A DNA stretch of 62,623 nt, counting the filler. It is 7 parts of 7 records of this genome, joined end to end, with 100 filler letters (N's around TTAATTAATTAA, not from the genome) between each part and the next. Parts side by side here need not be neighbours in the genome. Positions count along the whole stretch, not along the records: positions 1 to 10,396 come from SRR31156797_13105; 6 more parts are not named here. The stretch is one strand, 5' to 3'. The notes below the pieces were generated by a model, which saw nothing but the letters and a program-made list of their open reading frames with translations, was not told the origin of the DNA and searched no databases. The translations under genes were made by a program, and so were the position numbers. Positions within the stretch are counted from its first letter, which is position 1, and each line of letters opens with the position of its first letter. Shown one piece after another: positions 1 through 9,658 of this stretch.

Positions 1-801
1 ATCTAATAGAGAGATAGAAGCATCTTCCATTGTATTTACAATTCCATCGATTTTAGATACGATGTAGTTATAGAATACCTGTAGAATAATTGCTACGATC
101 AAACCAGATACTGTAGTAATAAGAGCCACTTTAATACCACCTGCTACAGCTGTTGCAGAGATATCACCCATAGCCTGAATCTTATCAAAAGCTTCAATCA
201 TACCGATTACTGTACCCATAAACCCAAGCATAGGAGCAAGAGCAATAAATAAAGAAATCCAAGTTAAACCTTTTTCTAAAAGACCCATTTGAACTGATCC
301 GTAAGAAACAACTGATTTCTCTACTACCTCGATACCTTCGTCGATACGGTCTAAACCTTGATAGAAAATTGATGCAACTGGTCCGCGAGTATTACGACAC
401 ACTTCTTTTGCAGCTTCAACACCACCTTCATTTAACGCATCTTCAATGTTTTGAAGTAATTTTTTAGTATTGGTAGATGCAAGATTCAAATAAATGATTC
501 TTTCAATACATAAAGCCAATCCAAAAATTAATGCTAAAAGTACGAAGCTCATAAATGCAGCTCCACCTTCAATAAATTTAGCTTTGATTTGTTTGTGAAT
601 TCCCTTAGGAGCCTCCGCCTGTGTGTCTGCAGCAAAAGCATCATCTTCCATAGAATCTTCTTCCACTGCTTGATTTTCAGACTCAACTTGAGTAAGTGAA
701 TCCCCTTCTGCCTGAACCTCAGTCTCGACCTGAGCGTACATAGTTGATGCTCCAAGAGTCATCATCGCGAAAACTGCAAAAAACGCAAATAGCTTTTTCA
801 T
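1..801 (-). CDS. MotA/TolQ/ExbB proton-channel family protein, 3' end cut by window edge
   Basis: Not in the ORF track. Manual translation from ATG at 801 gives MKKLFAFFAVF...FIEGGAAFM...ALAPMLGFMGTVIGMIEAFDKI...AVAGGIKVALITTVSGLIVAI, with the ExbB/TolQ TM motifs APxLGxxGTVxGMI and ALxTTxxGL. Frame is open to base 1. Confidence 0.92.
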   Translation of the reverse strand, partial: MKKLFAFFAVFAMMTLGASTMYAQVETEVQAEGDSLTQVESENQAVEEDSMEDDAFAADTQAEAPKGIHKQIKAKFIEGGAAFMSFVLLALIFGLALCIERIIYLNLASTNTKKLLQNIEDALNEGGVEAAKEVCRNTRGPVASIFYQGLDRIDEGIEVVEKSVVSYGSVQMGLLEKGLTWISLFIALAPMLGFMGTVIGMIEAFDKIQAMGDISATAVAGGIKVALITTVSGLIVAIILQVFYNYIVSKIDGIVNTMEDASISLLD

Positions 802-954
802 AGTCTGTAAAAAATTTTTGATTTGTATTAGTTTGTTAATACTATAGTTTATTTGCTAATAATTCCCTTTTTAAAGCAATAAACAAGTTAATAATTGAAA
901 TTCTTCGATTTTCAGGTGTGCAAAATACAAAAAAAACTGCAATTACAAACCTTA

Positions 955-1980
955 TCAAATATAGATTTCCCCTTTTAGTGATTTATTTAAATTGATCTTA
1001 ACCTCTTCCTGTGACTTTGTATTACCCAATAAATACATCAATTTGGTAACCGCAGCCTCGGTGGTAATGTCACCGCCACTAAAAACCCCCATTTCCAGCA
1101 AATGAATACCGGTTTCATATCTCCCCATAGCTACACTACCTGCTAAACACTGAGTTACATTTAAAATTATCAATCCCTTTTGTAATGCTTTTTCTATAAT
1201 ATTTAGAAAACGCTTGTCTGTTGGCGCATTCCCCGAACCATAGGTTTCTAAAACAAGTGCTTTTAATCCGGGTGTTTGTATTACTGTTTCTAAAAAGTTA
1301 TATCCTATACCCGGAAATAGTTTCAGTAAGCCAACATTATGATCCATTTTCTTGGTTACCGAGAATTCTCCCTGGTTTTCATCTTTGTGAATGTAAGGAT
1401 CATTAAATTTTATATGTATCCCAACTTCTGCTAAAGCTGGATAGTTATCTGACCTAAATGCCCTAAAATGAACTGCATTATATTTTGTTGTCCGATTACC
1501 TCGATATAATTTGTCTTGAAAAAAGATACAAACTTCAGGCACCATTGCCTTTCCATCCTGATAACTAGAGGCAATATCCAAAGCAGTTATCAAATTTTCT
1601 TTTCCATCTGTCCGAATCGTACTTAATGGCAATTGGCTTCCTGTTAAAACAACCGGTTTACCCAGGTTTTGAAACATAAAACTCAACGCACTTGCTGTAT
1701 ATGCCATTGTATCAGTTCCATGCAATATCACAAAACCATCATACAATGAATAATTCTCCTCAATAATCGTACCTATTTTGATCCAAATATCCGGGTTCAT
1801 ATCAGATGAATCCACAATTGGGTTAAATGAGGTACTATCTACATGAAAATCGAACCTTTTTATTTCAGGAACTTTCTCTACAATCAAAGAAAAATCAAAC
1901 GGAACTAATGAATTAGTTTCCGGATCTTTGGCCATCCCAATCGTCCCACCTGTATATATTATGAGTATTTTTCTTTTCAA
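955..1980 (-). CDS. ansA: Type I (cytoplasmic) L-asparaginase
   Basis: IYTGGTIGM and HGTDTMAY asparaginase motifs; no signal peptide; TTG start. Confidence 0.93.
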   Translation of the reverse strand: MKRKILIIYTGGTIGMAKDPETNSLVPFDFSLIVEKVPEIKRFDFHVDSTSFNPIVDSSDMNPDIWIKIGTIIEENYSLYDGFVILHGTDTMAYTASALSFMFQNLGKPVVLTGSQLPLSTIRTDGKENLITALDIASSYQDGKAMVPEVCIFFQDKLYRGNRTTKYNAVHFRAFRSDNYPALAEVGIHIKFNDPYIHKDENQGEFSVTKKMDHNVGLLKLFPGIGYNFLETVIQTPGLKALVLETYGSGNAPTDKRFLNIIEKALQKGLIILNVTQCLAGSVAMGRYETGIHLLEMGVFSGGDITTEAAVTKLMYLLGNTKSQEEVKINLNKSLKGEIYI

Positions 1981-1992
1981 TTCGCTTTCTAA

Positions 1993-2766
1993 TTATTGAA
2001 GATTAAACATTGTTTTGGCAGTCTGAGCAGTAATTTTTTGTACTTCCGCAGGACTCATATCAAATATTTCAGCCAGTTTTTGAACTACATAACATATATA
2101 AGCTGGTTCATTTCGTTTTCCCCTATAAGGAGTAGGCGTTAAATAAGGGGCATCTGTCTCCACAATCAGGTTTTCAATACTTAAGTTTGACACCGTTTTA
2201 TCCAATCCTGAGTTTTTAAAGGTTACTACTCCATTTATTCCAAGCTTAAACACTTCATAGTTCAAAATCTTTTCTGCTTGCTCCTTATTTCCGGTAAAAC
2301 TATGAAATACTCCTGAAATACCTTTTAGATCCATATTATCAAGCACTTCAAAGATCTCATTAAATGAATCTCTGGCATGAATGACCACCGGAAGATTATA
2401 TTCCTTTGCCCAATTTAACTGAGTTGAAAATGCATCTATTTGTTCTTTTAGATAGGTTTTATCCCAATATAAATCAATACCAATTTCACCCACAGCACAA
2501 AACTTTCGCTTTGTGAACCAACTTTTAATTTCTTTTAACTGATCCTTATAGCTACTATATACTGAGGTTGGATGCAATCCCATCATTGATATACATTTAG
2601 ACGGGTACTTTTCTTCCACCTGAATCATTGGATCAATAGAATCAACGTCAATATTTGGCATTAAAATATATTCCAATCCAATATCAAAAGCTCTTTGAAT
2701 CATTTCGTCACGATCCTCATTAAACTCCTCAGAATAAATATGTGAATGTGTATCTATTATACTCAT
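1993..2766 (-). CDS. tatD: TatD family metal-dependent DNase/hydrolase
   Basis: IIDTHSH, GLHP, VGEIGID, VIHAR, VFHSF and ETDAPY motifs. Confidence 0.93.
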   Translation of the reverse strand: MSIIDTHSHIYSEEFNEDRDEMIQRAFDIGLEYILMPNIDVDSIDPMIQVEEKYPSKCISMMGLHPTSVYSSYKDQLKEIKSWFTKRKFCAVGEIGIDLYWDKTYLKEQIDAFSTQLNWAKEYNLPVVIHARDSFNEIFEVLDNMDLKGISGVFHSFTGNKEQAEKILNYEVFKLGINGVVTFKNSGLDKTVSNLSIENLIVETDAPYLTPTPYRGKRNEPAYICYVVQKLAEIFDMSPAEVQKITAQTAKTMFNLQ

Positions 2767-2857
2767 TTTTCAGAATGATAAAAATTTCTTCAAAGCTAGT
2801 AAAACCAATAATCTGTTTTAATGAATTAAGTAGATTTAACGTTTTGCAACTACCACT

Positions 2858-2900
2858 AAAAAAGAAACCTTGTGATCATTAAACATTGACCACAAGGTTT
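2858..2900 (-). terminator. Intrinsic terminator downstream of gdhA
   Basis: Minus strand reads AAACCTTGTGGTCA-loop-TGATCACAAGGTTT followed by a T-run, about 20 nt after the gdhA stop. Confidence 0.7.
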
Positions 2901-2922
2901 AAAACTATTTCAATGTTTTTAA

Positions 2923-4260
2923 TTAAACAACGCCTTGAGCAATCATGGCATCAGCAACTTTAACAAAGCCTCCAATATTTGCTCCTTTTATATAATTTAT
3001 TTTACCATTGAGCTCTGTTCCATATTGAACGCAGACCTTATGGATATTAATCATGATCTCATTTAAACGTTGATCAACTTCTTGTTCGCTCCAGTTAAAA
3101 CGCATACTATTTTGACTCATCTCCAGACCAGAAACTGCAACACCTCCAGCATTTACAGCTTTACCAGGTGCAAACAGAATTTTCTCTGAAGCCAGGAATG
3201 CTGCATCAGCCGTACAACCCATATTGGATGCTTCTGCTATTAACTGACATCCATTATCAATCAACTTTTGGCAATCCTCTTCATTTAATTCATTCTGAAT
3301 TGCACAAGGAATTGCAATATCAACCTTCTGCTCCCAAGGCTTTTTTCCTTCAAAAAACTCTACATTATATCTTTCTGCATAAGGCTGAATAATATCCTGA
3401 TTTGAAGCTCTTAGCTCTAATAAATAATCAATTTTATCTCCTGAGATTCCTTCCGGATCATAAATGTATCCGTCGGGACCTGATAGTGTTACTACTTTAG
3501 CTCCTAACTCAACTGCTTTTAGTGCAGCTCCCCAGGCAACATTACCAAAACCAGATAAAGCAATTGTTTTGCCTTCCAGATTAAGTCCTTTGGCAGCCAA
3601 CATTTCTCTAACAAAATATATAGCTCCAAAACCAGTTGCCTCAGGACGAATTAAACTTCCTCCAAACTCCTGCCCCTTACCTGTTAAAACACCAGTAAAT
3701 TCATTTCTAAGCTTTTTATATTGACCAAATAAGTACCCTATTTCACGTCCTCCTACTCCAATATCACCAGCAGGAACATCAGTATTTGGGCCAATATGAC
3801 GATATAATTCACTCATAAAAGCCTGGCAGAAACGCATAATTTCATTATCGGACTTTCCTTTGGGGTTAAAATCAGAACCTCCTTTTCCGCCCCCCATTGG
3901 AAGACTTGTTAGACTATTTTTAAAGGTCTGCTCAAACCCTAAAAATTTTAAACCACTCAAGGTCACACTTGGGTGAAATCTCAATCCGCCTTTGTAAGGT
4001 CCAATTGCACTATTAAACTCGACTCTAAATCCTCTGTTTACCTGAACCTCTCCGCTATCATCAACCCATGGTACCCTAAACATGATAACCCTTTCCGGCT
4101 CAGTCATTCGTTCCAGAATCTTAGCTTTCTGATAATGTGGATTTTCAATATAGAAATCCCAAACGGTTTCTACAACTTCTTCAACTGCTTGTAAAAACTC
4201 ATCCTCTCCCGGATTCTTCATCCTAACACCATCTAAAAACTCTTTTATTTTTACATCCAT
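2923..4260 (-). CDS. gdhA: Hexameric-type NAD(P)-specific glutamate dehydrogenase
   Basis: GPYKGGLRFH, LPMGGGKGGSDF, DVPAGDIGVG, RPEATG, SGFGNV and NAGGVAVSGLEM motifs; 445 aa. Confidence 0.96.
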   Translation of the reverse strand: MDVKIKEFLDGVRMKNPGEDEFLQAVEEVVETVWDFYIENPHYQKAKILERMTEPERVIMFRVPWVDDSGEVQVNRGFRVEFNSAIGPYKGGLRFHPSVTLSGLKFLGFEQTFKNSLTSLPMGGGKGGSDFNPKGKSDNEIMRFCQAFMSELYRHIGPNTDVPAGDIGVGGREIGYLFGQYKKLRNEFTGVLTGKGQEFGGSLIRPEATGFGAIYFVREMLAAKGLNLEGKTIALSGFGNVAWGAALKAVELGAKVVTLSGPDGYIYDPEGISGDKIDYLLELRASNQDIIQPYAERYNVEFFEGKKPWEQKVDIAIPCAIQNELNEEDCQKLIDNGCQLIAEASNMGCTADAAFLASEKILFAPGKAVNAGGVAVSGLEMSQNSMRFNWSEQEVDQRLNEIMINIHKVCVQYGTELNGKINYIKGANIGGFVKVADAMIAQGVV

Positions 4261-4483
4261 GGTTATACTTTTAAATGTGTTTGCTTTGATTCAAAATTAA
4301 TTATTAAAGTATTGGTAAATCATGATATTTAACAAGGATTTGCTTTTTACAAAGAATAACTACTACTCCCTACTAATGTGACAGTTGCAAGAGATAAATA
4401 CTATTCTTAATATCATTACATGATAACAGTCACATAATGCCTAAACATGATTTATTGATCATGTCTTATTTTCTTTGAGTTAA

Positions 4484-5653
4484 TTAAAAAGCCTCTCGAA
4501 AGGAAATATACAAACCACTATTATCTTTAGCAAAGCCATAATCTAATCGTACACAAAGTCGTGGTTGTACCTCTATTCGAAAACCAAGGCCAACATTAGG
4601 CAATAGTTCTGCAATCGTTGAAAATTCAGAGGCCACTGTACCTCCGCCTGCCCAACATACGAAACCAAACGGACTTTCGTAATTACCTTTTTTATTCAAC
4701 TTATTGCGCATAAACATATGACGGTACTCCAATAAGCCAAACATGGCAAGTTTATCACGAAACCTGCCCCATTGATATCCTCTCAAATCATAAGGTGTTC
4801 CTAATTGAGGCAAATCGAACCAAGGTACATTGTTTTCTGCATACATAGCTTCTAATTGTAGAGCCAGTGTTTTTCTTTCCTTAATTTGAAAATATTTACG
4901 CGCGTCAAAAGTATACTTGTTGTACTGATTATCTGAGGAATCGAACCAATCATTGTACTTGATAAATGAGAAACTTAATAAATACCCATTAAAAGGCATT
5001 TGTACATTATCTCTTTTGTCTAAATCAATTACAGCACCAAGTCCAATATTAGTACCTGCAGTTCCAAATTCTTTTACATAAACCTCTTCTTTCATAAAGT
5101 CATTAAGACTTTTTGCTCTCGTTGAATTTATATCATATGCTAAACCAATATATAAATCAGGAATCAGTTTTCTTGAAATTTTACCTTTAGCTGAAAACCA
5201 TTCTCTATCATATGAAGTTGTTTCATCCGCTTTGGATACTCTATTTCCTGCATCTATACCTACACCCCAATAATTATATGGCATGTTTTTGTAATGAATT
5301 TTAGTAATAAACCTAAACCGTTCTCCACGTGTATAAATTATAGGAAAAGCCGACATATCAATTGATCCATTGGTGCTATAACCAATGGAGAAAGGAATAC
5401 TAGAGCGCTCATTATCCGGGTTTAACTTATCCGTATCAAAAGACATTAATGCTCCCAAAGTTACCATCAGCTTAAGTTCAGGAGTGTATACCGGAGCAAC
5501 AAAAGGAGAGAACATGAATTTTGATTCATCTTTAAATGCAACTTTTACAGAATCATTTTTTGAATTTGACTTCTTTTCTACCGCACTTAAAGGCATCGAA
5601 CATACTACCAACAACAATAGGAGTACCACCCCATTCTTACAAAAACAAGACAT
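4484..5653 (-). CDS. Omp85/BamA-TamA-family outer-membrane beta-barrel without POTRA domains
   Basis: N-terminal signal peptide, LRGY...GRFRD motif, C-terminal ...RLDYG...LYISFREAF beta-signal ending in Phe. Confidence 0.75.
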   Translation of the reverse strand: MSCFCKNGVVLLLLLVVCSMPLSAVEKKSNSKNDSVKVAFKDESKFMFSPFVAPVYTPELKLMVTLGALMSFDTDKLNPDNERSSIPFSIGYSTNGSIDMSAFPIIYTRGERFRFITKIHYKNMPYNYWGVGIDAGNRVSKADETTSYDREWFSAKGKISRKLIPDLYIGLAYDINSTRAKSLNDFMKEEVYVKEFGTAGTNIGLGAVIDLDKRDNVQMPFNGYLLSFSFIKYNDWFDSSDNQYNKYTFDARKYFQIKERKTLALQLEAMYAENNVPWFDLPQLGTPYDLRGYQWGRFRDKLAMFGLLEYRHMFMRNKLNKKGNYESPFGFVCWAGGGTVASEFSTIAELLPNVGLGFRIEVQPRLCVRLDYGFAKDNSGLYISFREAF

Positions 5654-5802
5654 TATAAATTATATTTGCCACTGATTCAAATTAATCATTGAACCAATTT
5701 TCTTTCATTACCCAACAAACCTTTTTAACTCAAAACGGATCAAACCTGCATCGATAAAAGGAAGACCTGCAATTTAAGAAAAATCCACATTGAAATAATT
5801 AA

Positions 5803-6759
5803 TTATTGACTTAAAGGTGCCAAAGGAATTTTCTTTACAACAACAGACGAATATGGAATAGAAAAATAAAACTCTGAACCTTCGCCTAATTTTGACCTTA
5901 CCCACATTTTCCCATCCAATAATTTAACAATTGATTTGGTAATATTTAATCCAACTCCTACTCCCGATTTAAATTCACTACCTGAGGCCAACTTGCCAAA
6001 AACCTCAAATATCTCTTTTTGCTGTTCTCGTGTTAATCCGATTCCTGTATCTTTTACAAAAAACACCAATTGCCCCGACTCATAATAACAACCTAACTTT
6101 ATTCGTCCTTCATCGGTAAATTTTACGGCATTATCAATTAAGTTATTCAAAGCCAGTTTTATTTTTGCTTCATCAGAATTGATACGTTTTAATTTTTCGG
6201 GAAGACAATGACCTAACTTTAAACAAACCTCACTTTTAGTTTTATTTAAAAACTTAAAGTATAATTCCTGCATCATTTTATTTACATCAAACCCCTTTTT
6301 CTTAAGATTCATTGCCCCTGTTTCAATTAAGGATAAGTCCATTATATTATCGACTACAGTTAATAATTCCTGAGCACTTTTATCAATAATTCGAACAAAG
6401 TTGATTTTTTCTTCCTGCGATAGATTATTGTATTGCAATAATTCAGAAAAACCTAAAATTCCATTTACAGGTGTTCTTAATTCGTGAGATATATTTTTTA
6501 GGAATGCAGATTTTAACCTATCATTCTCAGAGGCTCTGGCCTCGGCTTTCCTCATCATTTTAAGATGATTTCGCAACAAAACATATAGCAAGAATGCAGT
6601 AGTTCCAACATAAAACCAACCTTTATAGGTTTGAAGTGTACTTAAGGTATTAATATCTGAAATAAGTGCTTTTAAAATTTGATCTGAAAACAAAATCCAC
6701 AAAAAGCCTAAAATTAAATAGGCCAGCACTACTTTAAATTCAAACTTAACAATTCTCAT
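5803..6759 (-). CDS. Membrane-anchored sensor histidine kinase (2 TM + HisKA + HATPase)
   Basis: H-box ISHELRTP, N-box NLIDNAVKF, G1 DTGIG, G2 GVGVGL. Confidence 0.88.
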   Translation of the reverse strand: MRIVKFEFKVVLAYLILGFLWILFSDQILKALISDINTLSTLQTYKGWFYVGTTAFLLYVLLRNHLKMMRKAEARASENDRLKSAFLKNISHELRTPVNGILGFSELLQYNNLSQEEKINFVRIIDKSAQELLTVVDNIMDLSLIETGAMNLKKKGFDVNKMMQELYFKFLNKTKSEVCLKLGHCLPEKLKRINSDEAKIKLALNNLIDNAVKFTDEGRIKLGCYYESGQLVFFVKDTGIGLTREQQKEIFEVFGKLASGSEFKSGVGVGLNITKSIVKLLDGKMWVRSKLGEGSEFYFSIPYSSVVVKKIPLAPLSQ

Positions 6760-6941
6760 AACAGTCTGGTTTTTAAATACGTTCTTTCAATTTAATGATT
6801 AAACAAACAAAAATCAACCACTTTTATTCAAGAAGTTGTAATTGATAAATGAAAGACTGAAAGATACTTAGCTCTAATTCTGGACATTCAATGATTAATT
6901 AGTTAAATTGTAATACAGTATATAACCAATACCACTTTACA

Positions 6942-7409
6942 ATGATACATTCAATTGCTTCAACAAATGTTTCTTTTAATTTTTTAAAAGGATCTCCTGA
7001 TTTTTTAAATATTATCCTAAACAACATTAATAGTTGTGTTTTACTACTAAACAACAAAATGGAGTTAGTTGCATTTAATAATGCTATCAATACTCTTTTC
7101 CCAAGAACTATAAATTCGCAAATAAAATATGTAAGATGTGGCGAAGCCATAGGTTGCGCATACCAGGTAGAACAACAAAAGGATTGTGGAAAGACTACAA
7201 AATGTAGAGATTGCGAACTCAGAGTAAGTGCTTTATCATCCTACATGGATAATAAGGTTACACAATTTAGAACCATAGTTCGACCATTTTATAACAATAA
7301 AAATGAAAAGATAAATAAGATGTTTCAATACTCTACCAGACTATTTCCTTTTGAGCAAGAACGATACATTATCATGTTGGTTGAAAACCTCCCTTATAAC
7401 GAGCAATAA
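6942..7409 (+). CDS. Stand-alone PAS-like domain protein with a five-cysteine motif
   Basis: PAS-like start (ILNNINSCVLLLN...VAFNNA) and RCGEAIGC-x9-CG-x4-CRDC. Confidence 0.6.
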   Translation: MIHSIASTNVSFNFLKGSPDFLNIILNNINSCVLLLNNKMELVAFNNAINTLFPRTINSQIKYVRCGEAIGCAYQVEQQKDCGKTTKCRDCELRVSALSSYMDNKVTQFRTIVRPFYNNKNEKINKMFQYSTRLFPFEQERYIIMLVENLPYNEQ

Positions 7410-7447
7410 TAATAGGTAGACTTAATTCTATTTTTAAATGAAATATT

Positions 7448-7477
7448 GTTGAACGACTATTTCCTCTCGTTCATCGA
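7448..7477 (+). promoter_or_regulatory. Candidate LytTR-type operator (imperfect 9-bp direct repeat, 12-bp spacer)
   Basis: GTTGAACGA (7448-7456) and GTTCATCGA (7469-7477), 21-bp period, upstream of an operon encoding a LytS-family kinase. Confidence 0.5.
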
Positions 7478-8183
7478 TAAAAGTGGCATAGAAAATTAAA
7501 AAAGTAAATATTTGAATCATGAATATTTACTTAATTTATATGCTATGAAAACAAGATTATTTTCAAAACAGAATAAGTTTAAATTCTCGCTAAGAAGCAA
7601 GTTATTCGTCATCATTGCTTTTATCTCTCTTGTCTTATTAACTAAGTGCACTGTTGTATACTGATGATGAATTAATACGCGACGACAGAATTATTGGTAA
7701 ATGGATGTCGCGATTAGAGCGAGAAGAGGTTTCTAAGGACTCCATCGTTTGGGAAATATCTTTCCTTGAAACAAAACAAAGTGAAAATTCAAAAAATATT
7801 TTTAGATCTGGAACCCAAAACCAATTCACTCATAGCCTTAAACTATATCCATATAGTAATGCTAAAGACGCTATAATTTTCGACCTTCATATCGTGAAAC
7901 TGGAAAACAAGTTATACTTTGATTTTTTATTAGAGGAGTACAATAATGACAATTTATTTACTGCCATGCATTTAATGCCCATTCATACCTTTGCCCGTAT
8001 TGAAGTAGGTGAACAAATTACTGTAAAATGGTTTAATGGTGAAGTTCTAGAAGATTTACTTAAAAACAATAAAATAAGAATTAGACACGAAAGAAGAAAA
8101 GATGATGTATTCTTATTGACGGCCAAACCCAAAGAACTTCAAAAGTTTATTATTAAATACGAAGAACAAAACGAAGCTTTCTT

Positions 8184-9612
8184 GACACTAAGCTAGAAAG
8201 TGTGTAAGTTTAAAATATCAGGGTTCAGTATATTTACTGGATCCTATTTTCAAATATAGCCAAAAACTGATTGTGGATAATACCCCAATTTCGAATTGGC
8301 ATCGACCACTTTTTAGTTGCTTCTCTCACCGCCAGAAAAACAGACTTCATTACAGCTTCATCTGTAGGAAATGAAAGCTTGTTTTTGGTGTATTTCCTAA
8401 TTTTGCCATTTAAATTTTCAATTAAATTGGTTGTGTAGATGATTTTTCTGATCTCAATAGGAAAGTCAAAAAACACAGTTAATTCGTCCCAGTTATTACG
8501 CCAGCTTTTGATGGCATAAGAATATTTGCTTTCCCACTTTTGTGCAAAATCATCCAATGCAGCTTCTGCAGCCTGTTTTGTAGGAGCTTCATAAATCGTT
8601 TTCATATCACGAGTGAACTCCTTTTTATCTTTCCATACTACATATTTACAAGCATTTCGTATTTGGTGAACAACACATATTTGTGTGCTTGATTCAGGGA
8701 ATACATTCTTTATCGTATCTGTAAAGCCATTTAAATTATCAGTTGCGGTAATCAATATATCATTGACACCACGTGCTTTTATATCGGTTAATACGCTCAT
8801 CCAAAAGGCTGATGATTCGTTCTTTCCCAGCCATAAGCCAAGAACTTCTTTCTTGCCGTCAGCTTTCAAACCAACCGCAATATAAATGGTCTTATTGATG
8901 ACTTTTGAGTTGTCTCTAACTTTAAAAACAATACCGTCCATCCATACAATCAGATACACAGGCTCAAGAGGTCTATTTTGCCATGCGATTATGTCTTCGG
9001 TGACTTTAGATGTGATCCTGGAGATAGTTGACGGTGAGATATCAAAATCATACACTTCACTAATCTGTTGTTCAATGTCACTATTGGACATCCCTTTAGC
9101 ATAAAGAGATATGATTACATTTTCTATTCCGTCAATAATGTTCTTGCGTTTAGGAACGATCATTGGGTTATAAGTACCTTGACGATCGCGAGGAACCTTG
9201 ATCTGTGACTCTCCATACATCGTTCTGATTTTCTTTGAAGTATGGCCGTTTCTTGCATTTTCAGAGTCTGAGGTAGCATGGTTTTCGTAGCCGACATGAG
9301 CATCTAATTCGCCTTCAAGAATCTGCTCAACGCCGCGTTTTTGAAGTAGGTGGAGAAAATCATTGAGTTCTTCTCCATTCTTAAATTGCTTAAGAAAGTC
9401 GCTGTTTAATAGATCTTCTTTTTTCATAAGTATACTATCTGTTTAAAAATAAATAAAATAACTCAGGTTTGCATCCTAATATTTTAAACACATAGTATAT
9501 CGTCCGCTGTCGCGGGGACTCCTCAAAATCAATTACTAAATAGTAAAAAACTATTCAGTAATTAATTTTCGAGGTATAATTTTACTATTTACACACTTTA
9601 TGTGATAGTACT
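8184..9612 (-). mobile_element. Complete IS256-family insertion sequence (1429 bp) with 8-bp target-site duplication GCTTTCTT
   Basis: Imperfect terminal IRs GACACTAAGCTAGAAAGTGTGTAA and (reverse complement of the other end) AGTACTATCACATAAAGTGTGTAA. GCTTTCTT is present at 8176-8183 and 9613-9620. Transposase inside is intact. Confidence 0.93.
8234..9427 (-). CDS. IS256-family DDE transposase
   Basis: RNG...[40 protein letters not shown] motifs; 397 aa. Confidence 0.96.
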   Translation of the reverse strand: MKKEDLLNSDFLKQFKNGEELNDFLHLLQKRGVEQILEGELDAHVGYENHATSDSENARNGHTSKKIRTMYGESQIKVPRDRQGTYNPMIVPKRKNIIDGIENVIISLYAKGMSNSDIEQQISEVYDFDISPSTISRITSKVTEDIIAWQNRPLEPVYLIVWMDGIVFKVRDNSKVINKTIYIAVGLKADGKKEVLGLWLGKNESSAFWMSVLTDIKARGVNDILITATDNLNGFTDTIKNVFPESSTQICVVHQIRNACKYVVWKDKKEFTRDMKTIYEAPTKQAAEAALDDFAQKWESKYSYAIKSWRNNWDELTVFFDFPIEIRKIIYTTNLIENLNGKIRKYTKNKLSFPTDEAVMKSVFLAVREATKKWSMPIRNWGIIHNQFLAIFENRIQ

Positions 9613-9658
9613 GCTTTCTTGGATGATTTAAGTTTTATTTTAACTCCTCATTCATAAA

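Larger units (their letters stand above)
7545..9657 (+). pseudogene. Lipoprotein gene broken by a frameshift near 7650-7664 and by an IS256 insertion at 8184
   Basis: ATG 7545 gives a lipoprotein-like leader (...ISLVLLTK-C-TVVY*) that stops at 7662-7664. The body continues in another frame (7654, LYTDDELIRDDRIIGKW...). Removing the IS and one TSD copy restores ...NEAFL-DDLSFILTPHS* with TAA at 9655-9657, 1 nt before the kinase ATG. Confidence 0.8.

Noticed and set aside
549-755. 68-aa ORF on the minus strand
   Set aside because: Out-of-frame shadow inside the ExbB/TolQ gene (1-801).
7662-7670. TGA-TGA-TGA as selenocysteine or recoded stops
   Set aside because: That frame closes again within a few codons. 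The triplets are simply the GAT-GAT-GAA (DDE) codons of the shifted frame.
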